Assembly: GCA_963664225.1 (NCBI GenBank)
Contig: OY760937.1
Span: forward strand, 5,376,001-5,440,000
DNA: 64,000 bases
Direction: 5' to 3'
Origin: Verrucomicrobiia bacterium
Lineage (GTDB): Bacteria; Verrucomicrobiota; Verrucomicrobiia; Limisphaerales; UBA1319
The notes under the pieces were generated by a model. It searched no databases, was not told where the DNA came from, and was given only the letters and a program-made list of their open reading frames with translations. Of the stretch, positions 30,249 through 39,009 are shown piece by piece (position 1 is the stretch's first letter; each line of letters begins with the position of its first letter). Position numbers and translations under genes: made by a program.

Positions 30249-31874
30249 TTAGAGTGCGGGCTTTTGATTCTTGGCGAACCATTCCTTCAATAATTTCTGG
30301 CGTTCTGTTGGGGTTGCCGAGGGCTGATTGTCCTGGCGGTTGTCATTGTGCTCGACACTCCAGCCGCTCCATTCACGAAAGGCATGATAACTCCAATCCC
30401 AGCCGTAGCTTTCAAACAAATCAATGACGTCCTTCAGATAGCGATAGCCGCTGTTTTGCGGAGACCATCGGATGGCGCTGAATTCGCCCACATAGATATG
30501 CACGCCATATTTGCGTTGAAAATCGAGGACCGGTTTGAGAACGGTTTCCAGGCGGGCCTTGTCCCAGAATTCCCCGTCGATGGTTCCAGGATAAACCACG
30601 GACGGGCCGCTTTTGAAAACGCCCTGATGCGTGAATCCCATGGGAACATACATATGCACGCTATAGACCACGTTTGATGCGTGGATGGGGACAAGGTTTT
30701 TGAACGTGTCCGGGCCGCCCCAATCGGGCGCTTCAAGGATGATGGTGCGGTCCGGGTCAATCGCGTGAATGGCGTTGGCGGTGGTTTCGGCCAGTTCATG
30801 CCAATCCCTGCAATCATCCGCCACCGCTCCTTCGACGGGCTCGTTGGCCAGGTCGAAGCCCCAAATCGGCTTTGAATTCTTGTAGCGTTGGGTCATCCGC
30901 TCCCATACCTGGATGAATTTTTGCTGGGCGCGCGCGCTGGTAAAGAGACCTCCGTCCGATCCAACATAACCGCTGACGGTGGCCTGTCCGCCGGGTGGTG
31001 AATGCAAATCCACCACTACGCGCAGTCCGCTGCGCTCGCATTCGACCAATGCGGCATCCAGCTTCTTCAATTCTCCATCGAGCCAGGCGTCATAATCCTC
31101 CAACGCTGCGGTTTTGCCGGCTGGCAAATAGCGCACCAACTGCCAGCGGATCAGGTTCGCATTCCAGTCCTGACCGAAAGTTTTCAGTCCGGCCGCATCA
31201 ATCGACGGGCTCACCATGGCGCCGCGGAGACGGGGGAGCGCGTGTCCCTTGTAAGGTGTGGCTGATTTGACGAAATCGGTCGTTATGCGGGGAGCCTTCC
31301 CGACGTAGATTCGAACATTGTCGTAATAGGCCACACCGGTGACTTCTTCAAGTCCCAAGACCAGCGTCACATTGGTGGCATCCGGGGGAATCCGCCCTGA
31401 AAACCGTATCTGACGCCAATCAAACGTTCCGGCTTCAATCGTTGCGGCCGGCCATGATTTACCGCTTGGGGCCTCCACCGCGAGCATGAATTTCACGCCG
31501 TTCCAGTCGTTTGGTTTGGCGCTGACCTTTTCAGCCTTGATCATCGCCGTTCCATAAACGGTGTACCCGCGCATGGCATCGACAAACAGGGCGATGGAGG
31601 TCAGGGCTGATTGGCCATTTGTTAGTGTAAGATGTTCAACACAAATGGATTGTGCGCTATCATACCCGGGCGCCAGCCTCGCCGTTCCACTCCAGCCATC
31701 GAGGGCGGAGGGACCTTCGAAACCGGATTTGAAGAAGTCATCGCCTCGCGTGAGAACGGTGTTTGTGGATGCCCGGATGTAAGGACCATGGCCAGGCGCA
31801 ATCAAGAACAGGATCGACAACAGCGCAAGGCGGCAAAGTCTCGAAATGCCTTGTTTCGATGAAGAATTGAACAT
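30249..31874 (-). CDS. GH5-like (cellulase family) hydrolase with an N-terminal CBM-like domain
   Basis: VVDLH, FDLANEP, YSVHMY, IYVGEFS, WSYHAF; N-terminal GTFDWRQ..F jelly-roll. Confidence 0.85.
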   Translation of the reverse strand: MFNSSSKQGISRLCRLALLSILFLIAPGHGPYIRASTNTVLTRGDDFFKSGFEGPSALDGWSGTARLAPGYDSAQSICVEHLTLTNGQSALTSIALFVDAMRGYTVYGTAMIKAEKVSAKPNDWNGVKFMLAVEAPSGKSWPAATIEAGTFDWRQIRFSGRIPPDATNVTLVLGLEEVTGVAYYDNVRIYVGKAPRITTDFVKSATPYKGHALPRLRGAMVSPSIDAAGLKTFGQDWNANLIRWQLVRYLPAGKTAALEDYDAWLDGELKKLDAALVECERSGLRVVVDLHSPPGGQATVSGYVGSDGGLFTSARAQQKFIQVWERMTQRYKNSKPIWGFDLANEPVEGAVADDCRDWHELAETTANAIHAIDPDRTIILEAPDWGGPDTFKNLVPIHASNVVYSVHMYVPMGFTHQGVFKSGPSVVYPGTIDGEFWDKARLETVLKPVLDFQRKYGVHIYVGEFSAIRWSPQNSGYRYLKDVIDLFESYGWDWSYHAFREWSGWSVEHNDNRQDNQPSATPTERQKLLKEWFAKNQKPAL

Positions 31875-32040
31875 GAAGTTGATTCTGTAATTGGATTTTG
31901 TCTGGCGCAATCTGGAAATAATCGAAATTTGCATATCGCCTTTGCGCTAGTTGCTGAACAGGGCGCGGTTGCGAGGCGATCCATGAAGGCCACGCCCCCT
32001 GCTACCTATGATGAGTGTCTCTATGTGGCCTGCCCATGAT

Positions 32041-32136
32041 GGAACTGTCTGGGCGGAGGTTGCCGGTGCATCCAAATCGGATGACACAATCAACGTTTCT
32101 GAACAACGCTTCTACCGGGTCCTTCTTGTGCCATAG
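32041..32136 (+). pseudogene. Orphan 3' end of a third beta-propeller surface-protein paralog
   Basis: Reads GTVWAEVAG-ASKSDDTINVSEQRFYRVLLVP*, nearly identical to the C-terminus of 32302..35502. Confidence 0.8.
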
Positions 32137-32301
32137 TCACGCAAACAGCGTGCTTTTCATCTGATAGGGCCGAGTACAGTGTCAAAATCCCCGTGGATTT
32201 TGACACTTGCATTATACCGTGAATGCCTTTTGAATAATTGGCATCCAGACGTTGATGGATCAGGGGATCGGTGGTTTTGCTGCGTTCCAGATGGACCTAT
32301 C

Positions 32302-35300
32302 ATGAATATGAAAACTGTTGTCCTGGTGTTTCTCGCTTATTTGGCCGCTTCCAGCCGCGTGTGTCTGGCGGATATTGAGCCGGTATCATTCGTGGATCCA
32401 TCCATTGCGAACAGCCTTTCTGCAAACGGATATTCGGCGATGTCAGAAATAAGTCCGGATGGGCGCTATGTCGTGTTTGAGAGCATCGCAAGCAACCTGG
32501 CAACGAACGATTACAATTATTGCGCTGACGTTTTTTTGCGCGATCGCCAATCCGGTACAACCATTTTGATCAGTGCCAATCCGGATGGTTTCAGCGGGCA
32601 TGGCGGTTCCAGTAGTTCCTCCATGAGCACAAACGGAGCTTGGGTTGCTTTTGAAAGTGATGCCGAAGATCTGGCTGCCGGGGACGACAACGGTGTCACG
32701 GATGTCTTTCTAAGAAGTGTCACACTGGGGCAAACCTCCCTGGTCAGTGTGAATACCAATGGAACTTCGGCAAATGGTCCATCGACCTTTCCCATCATCA
32801 CTCCAGACGGACGGTTCGTGGCATTTGAAAGCGCGGCGACTGATTTGGTGACCAACGTCAGCGCGATGGTCAACATGCGTGGCAGCGGCATTAACGTTTA
32901 TCTGCGCGATCTATCCAGCAATGCCACGTTTCTTGCCAGTGGAAGCTCCAACGGGTTCGCCGGAGGTGACGGGGAATCCAAATTGTCAGCCGTATCTGCG
33001 GACGGGCGGTATGTCCTGTTCTCGAGTTTTGCCAAAAACATTGGCGCGCCATTGAACTCTGGCAGTGATATTTATTTGCGGGATATCCAGGCTCAGAGCA
33101 ACTACTGGGTCAGCACCAATGTGGCGCAGTTGCTTGGAGTGGGGAGGTATATCAAATATAGTGCCAATTGCTTCAATCCTGTGATGAGTGGCGATGGCCG
33201 GAGCATTGCCTTTCGCGTCATAAAGGATTATTCGAGCCTGATCGTGCGCCACGATCTCGCCTCCAACACCACGTTGGTGATCTCCTCGAACCGCTACCCA
33301 ACGTTCGTTTTTCCGTCGGATTACACAGGTCCTGCCATCAGTGAAGATGGCGGGGTTATTGCCTATGCGGAGGTCGATAAAAAATATATTAACACCACGA
33401 CAAATCAGATTTACGTATGGGATTCCATCAGTAAAACAAACACGATGGTTACTTGGGCGCCTGATGGCAAAACATTCGGCAATGCGGGTTCCGATTGCCC
33501 GGTGCTCAGTGCTGACGGGAGCACGCTGGCCTTTTTAAGCGCAGCCACAAACCTGGTTGCCGGCACGTCTGCTGAAGCTCATGTCCGTTTATATCTCCGC
33601 GATCTTGCCGCTGGTGTCACTAAACTCGGCAATCAAGAAACCAACCCATCTAAACCCCTCGGTGATGTCCTGGAATATCCGGTGCTCAGCGCGGACGGCA
33701 GTTTGGCGGCTTTTGGCTGCTCTTCAGATGGATTGGTGGACAGCGACAATAACGGCGTGGATGATGTGTTTATCAACCACACTGAAACCGGCATTACCGA
33801 ACTGGTCTCTTCCCGGTCCCCGGTGCTCGATTTCACGATTGCCTCCAGCGGCAGTTTTATCGCGGAAAACGGATTGAGTCGTGATGGGCGTTTTGCCGTA
33901 TTCTCCACAGCGGCAGATAACATGGTGGCTGGAGATGCAAATGTCGCCTGGGACATCTTTGTTCGAGACCTTCAGACGAAAGACCTCATTCTTGTGAGTG
34001 GGAATATCGACGGCATCGGCACTGGCAATGGATCTTCCATGCTGCCATCCATCAGCGCTGACGGAAATTTGGTGGCTTTTCAAAGCGAGGCATCGGATCT
34101 GGTATCCGGGGATACCAACAAGACAACCGATGTGTTCCTTTATGACCTCGCCACCAGGGAGATCCGGTTGGTCAGTGCAGCCTATGGCGGCACTGGAAGC
34201 GCGTTGGGGGCCTCAGAAAGCCCCGTAATTACTCATGATGGCCGCACCGTGGTCTTTAGGAGCAAGGCAAAAAATCTTACCTCCAAAACTTTCACTGATT
34301 CGCTTCCCAAACTTTACGCACGCGATATCGCGGCCGGATCAAATGTCGTCATTTCCTTTAACAATTTGCCCATTGGAAATCCTTTGCTATTGGATATTGC
34401 GCCTGACAGCCAACGCATCGCCTTTGTTGGAAATGCCAGCCTCGGAGCCATGCCGCTTTACATCCATGATATTTCCGCCCAACTCAGTGAAAATATCGAC
34501 ACCATCACCAGCCAGACTCATCCTCTAGCCACATTCAGTGGTGATGGACGCTGGCTGGCTTACCTCAATGCCGTTACAACCAAAAGCAACAATCTGATCC
34601 TGCGTGATCTGGTGGCAAAAACCAACCTGACCCTGGGTGTGGATGGCGGGGTCTGGAAAATATCCTTCAATGGGGATGGTTCCCGCCTGGCCTACGAAGC
34701 CCTTGGCACTGTGTCCATGCCGACGAATACACACCAGATCTTCGTGTTCGACAGGGCTCAGGGTTCGAACATTCTGGTCAGCGCAACAGTGGGAGGTGAT
34801 AACGGTGGAAATGGCGATTCCCGCAATCCGATCCTCAGCCAGGACGGAAGATATGTTTATTTCAACAGCCACGCCACGGACCTTGCCAATGTGGTCGATC
34901 AACAGATTTGGGCTGACGTGTTCGTTCGGGACTTGAATGACGGCACGACTCGCCTGCTCAGCGTCAACAGGTTTAAGACCGGCGCCGGCAATAGCCAGTC
35001 GGTTCTGCGGGCATTAAGCGCGGATGGAAAGGTCGTGGCCATTGAGAGTGTGGCATCAGACTTGGTCCCCATGGATTTGAACATGTCCAAAGATGTGTTT
35101 GTCCTGCGTCTCAATGCGGCTGTGGAGGATTCGGATAATGATGGCCTCAGCGACAGTTGGGAGATCGAGCATTTTGGCAGCCTGGATCGCAATGGGGCGG
35201 GGGATTACGACGGGGATGGCATGAGCGACAGTGCGGAATATTTGGCGGGAACAAATCCAGCGGATAAACAATCCGCATTGGTTATAACACAAATAGGGAA

Positions 35301-35502
35301 AGTTGGTGAACCAGGTCGGCTTATCAACTGGAAGGCGATCCCCGGAAAAACTTACGCCATTCAATTCAAGTCCAATTTGAATGCCACGGCATGGGAGAAT
35401 CTGGCAGGAACAATCAAGGCCGACTCGATCACAGCATCGAAATCGGATGATACAATCAACGGTTCTGAACAACGATTTTACCGGGTGCTACTTGTGCCAT
35501 AA
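32302..35502 (+). CDS. Large exported TolB/WD40-like multi-propeller protein with TSP3-like Ca repeats and a C-terminal domain (paralog A)
   Basis: Many S.DGR.VAF.S.A.DL....D.N...DVF.RD repeats; DSDNDGLSDSWE; ends FYRVLLVP. Confidence 0.8.
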   Translation: MNMKTVVLVFLAYLAASSRVCLADIEPVSFVDPSIANSLSANGYSAMSEISPDGRYVVFESIASNLATNDYNYCADVFLRDRQSGTTILISANPDGFSGHGGSSSSSMSTNGAWVAFESDAEDLAAGDDNGVTDVFLRSVTLGQTSLVSVNTNGTSANGPSTFPIITPDGRFVAFESAATDLVTNVSAMVNMRGSGINVYLRDLSSNATFLASGSSNGFAGGDGESKLSAVSADGRYVLFSSFAKNIGAPLNSGSDIYLRDIQAQSNYWVSTNVAQLLGVGRYIKYSANCFNPVMSGDGRSIAFRVIKDYSSLIVRHDLASNTTLVISSNRYPTFVFPSDYTGPAISEDGGVIAYAEVDKKYINTTTNQIYVWDSISKTNTMVTWAPDGKTFGNAGSDCPVLSADGSTLAFLSAATNLVAGTSAEAHVRLYLRDLAAGVTKLGNQETNPSKPLGDVLEYPVLSADGSLAAFGCSSDGLVDSDNNGVDDVFINHTETGITELVSSRSPVLDFTIASSGSFIAENGLSRDGRFAVFSTAADNMVAGDANVAWDIFVRDLQTKDLILVSGNIDGIGTGNGSSMLPSISADGNLVAFQSEASDLVSGDTNKTTDVFLYDLATREIRLVSAAYGGTGSALGASESPVITHDGRTVVFRSKAKNLTSKTFTDSLPKLYARDIAAGSNVVISFNNLPIGNPLLLDIAPDSQRIAFVGNASLGAMPLYIHDISAQLSENIDTITSQTHPLATFSGDGRWLAYLNAVTTKSNNLILRDLVAKTNLTLGVDGGVWKISFNGDGSRLAYEALGTVSMPTNTHQIFVFDRAQGSNILVSATVGGDNGGNGDSRNPILSQDGRYVYFNSHATDLANVVDQQIWADVFVRDLNDGTTRLLSVNRFKTGAGNSQSVLRALSADGKVVAIESVASDLVPMDLNMSKDVFVLRLNAAVEDSDNDGLSDSWEIEHFGSLDRNGAGDYDGDGMSDSAEYLAGTNPADKQSALVITQIGKVGEPGRLINWKAIPGKTYAIQFKSNLNATAWENLAGTIKADSITASKSDDTINGSEQRFYRVLLVP

Positions 35503-35583
35503 ATGACGCATTGCCGCGTGTTTTTCATCAGGTTTGATAAGAAGCACGAAATCTGACGTGGGAATATCGAATGAATATTGGCT

Positions 35584-35598
35584 TGGCATGAATTGTGC
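35584..35598 (+). promoter_or_regulatory. Possible sigma54 (-24/-12) promoter
   Basis: TGGCATGAATTGTGC has GG and GC at canonical spacing, about 60 nt upstream of the ATG at 35661. Confidence 0.3.
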
Positions 35599-35660
35599 TT
35601 TGAAATAACACAACAATTGGAAGGTGTTACCGCAAGTTAGATTGCCTTGGGAAAATCAAT

Positions 35661-38600
35661 ATGAATGCAAATATAATCGCCTTGGTGTGCTTCGGTCTTT
35701 CGATCACTTTCAGTCGCCTATGTCTGGCGGACATTGAACCTGTTTCAGTTGCGGATCCCAATGTGGCGGCCAGCGTCTCCGGGAACGGGTTTTCATCGGT
35801 GTCAGAAATGAGTTCCGACGGTCGTTTCGTAGTATTTACCAGTCTCGCAGGCAACTTGACAACGAATGACAACAACCATTATTTGGATGTCTTTCTCCGC
35901 GATCGCCAGTTCGGTAACACTGCTTTAATCAGCGTCAACCCGGATGGTTTCAGCGGCAACGGCCCCTCTGGCAGTCCCAGCCTGAGCACAAACGGCGCAT
36001 GGATTGCATTTCAGAGTGAAGCTGAAGATTTGACAGCCAGTGATAACAATGGGGTGAAAGATATATTTGTGAGAAATCTCACGCTGGGCCAGACCACCCT
36101 GGTGAGCGTGAACACCAATGGCACCTCTGGAGACAGCGTGTCAACGTCTCCAATTATCACACCGGATGGACGGTTTGTGGCGTTTCAAAGTCTGGCAGGG
36201 GATTTGGTGACCAACTACGACTTGGGCAAGGGCGTCCGTTTTGCCAATGTGTATCTGCGCGACCTGGTCAACAATACGACCGCTCTGGCCAGCGTGGGCA
36301 CCAATGGACTCTCCGGTTCCAATGGTGACTCCTCTTTATCAGGCGTGTCAGCCGATGGCAGATATGTGCTTTTTGTAAGCTCGGCAAGGAACCTCGGCCC
36401 GAATATCACCACTGGGAGTGAGGTGTTCTTGCGCGATATGCAGATGGGGCAGACTTATTGGATCAGCACCAACGTGGCGAAGGTCACGCAGCAAATGCTT
36501 TCAAGTGCCGCACCCCTGTGTTTCAATCCTGTGATGAGTGGCGATGGTCAGAGCCTGGCCTTCCGGGTCACAAAGGATCCTTGGAGCATCGTGCTGCGGC
36601 ACGATCTGGCCTCCAATACCACTTTGGTGATTTCATCAAACCGGTTTTCCGCATCGGTTTTCAGTTGGGATTACGCCGGGCCTTCGATCAGTGAGGATGG
36701 CACTGTCATTGCCTACATGGAGGCCACGAAAGGATCCACAGTGCTTGCGACGAACCAGGTTTTTGTGTGGGACGCAGTTACCAAGACAAACAAAATGGTG
36801 AGCGTGTCGCCCGACGGCGATCCCGGCAATGCCAGTTCCGACAGCCCGGCTCTCAGCGCCGATGGCCGCCTGTTGGCATTCTTAAGCGTGGCCACAAACC
36901 TGGTTGACAATACCCCGACCGGAGACCATGCCCGGGCCTATGTTCGAGATCTGTCTTCGGGCGTTACGAAACTCCTGAGCGTGGAAACCAACTCGGAGAA
37001 ACCGGCTGGTGATGTTTTTGAATACCCCATTATCAACGCGGACGGCAGCGTTATTGCTTATAGCAGTTCCTCAGACGGTTTGGTGAGTAATGACAATAAT
37101 GGCGAGGAAGATGTGTTTGTAAGCAACACGCAAACCGGCATTACCGAACTGATCTCGTCCAAAGCCCCAACGATTGAGTCCGCGACGCCGGATGACAACA
37201 GTTTCATCCCCGCAAACGGGTTGAGCAGCGATGGGAGATTTGCCGTGTTCTCAACCTTGGCGGACAACATGACGGCAAGGGATACGAATTCGTACTATGA
37301 TATCTTTGTGCGCGACATGGCGACGGGCAAAAGCCTGCTTGTGAGCATGAACACCGATGGGACTGGAACTTGCAACGGAAACTCCACGCAACCATCCGTC
37401 AGCGCGGATGGACGTCTGGTGGCGTTTCAAAGTGATGGATCGGATCTTGTCGCAGGCGATACCAACAATGCAATGGACGTATTCATTCAGGATCTGGACA
37501 CCCGGGAAACACGGCTGGTCAGCGCAAGATATGATGGTGCTGGCAGCGCTTCGGGAGTGTCAGACAGCCCTGCGATTACACCTGATGGCCGGTATGTGAT
37601 TTATCGCAGCAATGCGAAAGATCTCACAACGAACGCATTTAGCGATTCCACCTTCAAAGCATACGCATATGACACTGCGACCGGGATCAATTACGTAATG
37701 TGGTTGAATAACAATCCCATTAAAAATCCGTCGTTTCCATCCATTTCACCCGACAGTCGGTATGCCGCCATATTTGGCTATAGCGGCCCTGGTTCGACGT
37801 CTTTCAGCATCAACGAGCTTGCCGCGCATGTTGGAGAGGGAATGAGTGCCACCAATGGTCAACCCATGGGTCCAGTCGCCTTCAGCGGTGATGGACGGTG
37901 GGTTGCGTTTGTGAATACCTTGTCGTTAGTAAATAGCAGCGTAGTTCTTTGGGATCAGTCTGCCAAAACAAATCTGGTGATTGGCGCCGGCAAGGGTGTG
38001 TGGAATTTATCCCTGAATGGGGACGGTTCGCGCGTGGTGTATGAAAGGATTGGCACATCATCCATGCCCACAAACAAACACCAGATCTTCTTATACGACC
38101 GATTTTTTGGTTCGAATATCCTGGTCAGTGTGAACTCTACCGGAACCAATGGTGGAAATGGCGATTCCCGCAATCCGATCATCAGCCCGGATGGACGTTT
38201 TGTGTATTTCAGCAGTCAGGCCACTGACCTTGTTGTGGATGCCGATCAAAATGGTAGCACCGATGTTTTCGTTCGGGATTTGAACAGCGGCACCACACGG
38301 TTGCTCAGCGTTAACCGATTCAAAACAGGCGCAGGAAATAACCAGTCTGTCCTAAAGGCCTTAAGCGCGGATGGACAGGTCGTGGCCATGGAGAGTTTTG
38401 CTTCGGATCTGACGCCACTGGATATGAACATGGCCAAAGACGTGTTTGTTTTACGCGTGCAAGCGAGTCTGGAGGATGCAGACAACGACGGTTTGCCTGA
38501 TAGTTGGGAGACGAAGTATTTCGGCAACATTGAGCGCGATGGGACAGGGGATTTCGACATCGACGAGATGAGTGACGGGGCGGAATTTCTGGCGGGGACC

Positions 38601-38846
38601 GATCCGACGGACAAACAATCCGTGCTGCGCGTGACCCAGGTTGGAACCACCGTTACGGGCCGTCGTATCACCTGGTCGGCGATACCGGGAAAAACCTACC
38701 TGATTCAATTCAAAACCAACCTGATCGACGTGGCATGGGAGGACCTCGCAGGAACCATCAAGGCGGACGCGACCACCGCATCGAAATCAGATGATACAAC
38801 AAGTGGCGCTGAGCAGCGGTTTTACCGAGTTCTTCTGATGCCATAA
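35661..38846 (+). CDS. Large exported TolB/WD40-like multi-propeller protein (paralog B)
   Basis: Collinear with paralog A from CLADIEPVS to FYRVLLMP. Confidence 0.8.
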   Translation: MNANIIALVCFGLSITFSRLCLADIEPVSVADPNVAASVSGNGFSSVSEMSSDGRFVVFTSLAGNLTTNDNNHYLDVFLRDRQFGNTALISVNPDGFSGNGPSGSPSLSTNGAWIAFQSEAEDLTASDNNGVKDIFVRNLTLGQTTLVSVNTNGTSGDSVSTSPIITPDGRFVAFQSLAGDLVTNYDLGKGVRFANVYLRDLVNNTTALASVGTNGLSGSNGDSSLSGVSADGRYVLFVSSARNLGPNITTGSEVFLRDMQMGQTYWISTNVAKVTQQMLSSAAPLCFNPVMSGDGQSLAFRVTKDPWSIVLRHDLASNTTLVISSNRFSASVFSWDYAGPSISEDGTVIAYMEATKGSTVLATNQVFVWDAVTKTNKMVSVSPDGDPGNASSDSPALSADGRLLAFLSVATNLVDNTPTGDHARAYVRDLSSGVTKLLSVETNSEKPAGDVFEYPIINADGSVIAYSSSSDGLVSNDNNGEEDVFVSNTQTGITELISSKAPTIESATPDDNSFIPANGLSSDGRFAVFSTLADNMTARDTNSYYDIFVRDMATGKSLLVSMNTDGTGTCNGNSTQPSVSADGRLVAFQSDGSDLVAGDTNNAMDVFIQDLDTRETRLVSARYDGAGSASGVSDSPAITPDGRYVIYRSNAKDLTTNAFSDSTFKAYAYDTATGINYVMWLNNNPIKNPSFPSISPDSRYAAIFGYSGPGSTSFSINELAAHVGEGMSATNGQPMGPVAFSGDGRWVAFVNTLSLVNSSVVLWDQSAKTNLVIGAGKGVWNLSLNGDGSRVVYERIGTSSMPTNKHQIFLYDRFFGSNILVSVNSTGTNGGNGDSRNPIISPDGRFVYFSSQATDLVVDADQNGSTDVFVRDLNSGTTRLLSVNRFKTGAGNNQSVLKALSADGQVVAMESFASDLTPLDMNMAKDVFVLRVQASLEDADNDGLPDSWETKYFGNIERDGTGDFDIDEMSDGAEFLAGTDPTDKQSVLRVTQVGTTVTGRRITWSAIPGKTYLIQFKTNLIDVAWEDLAGTIKADATTASKSDDTTSGAEQRFYRVLLMP

Positions 38847-38922
38847 TGGCGCATTGCATCTGTTTTAGACCTGAATTGTGCGCAAATGCAAATTTCTGCG
38901 GGTTCATTTGCGCAATTCAAGT

Positions 38923-38950
38923 TTGACACTGTTTTGGCCTTTGTTAGATT
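38923..38950 (+). promoter_or_regulatory. Putative sigma70 promoter of ppdK
   Basis: TTGACA-N16-TAGATT with an extended -10 TG. Confidence 0.55.
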
Positions 38951-39009
38951 CGCAACCCGGTTTTCGTACACACAATTTGTTTTCGCTGAAGGGCGAATAA
39001 TCGAGATTT

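Noticed and set aside
32302..38846. Internal repeats as a CRISPR array or diversity-generating retroelement
   Set aside because: The repeats are degenerate protein-coding propeller blades. There is no fixed repeat-spacer period, no reverse transcriptase and no adenine-specific variation.
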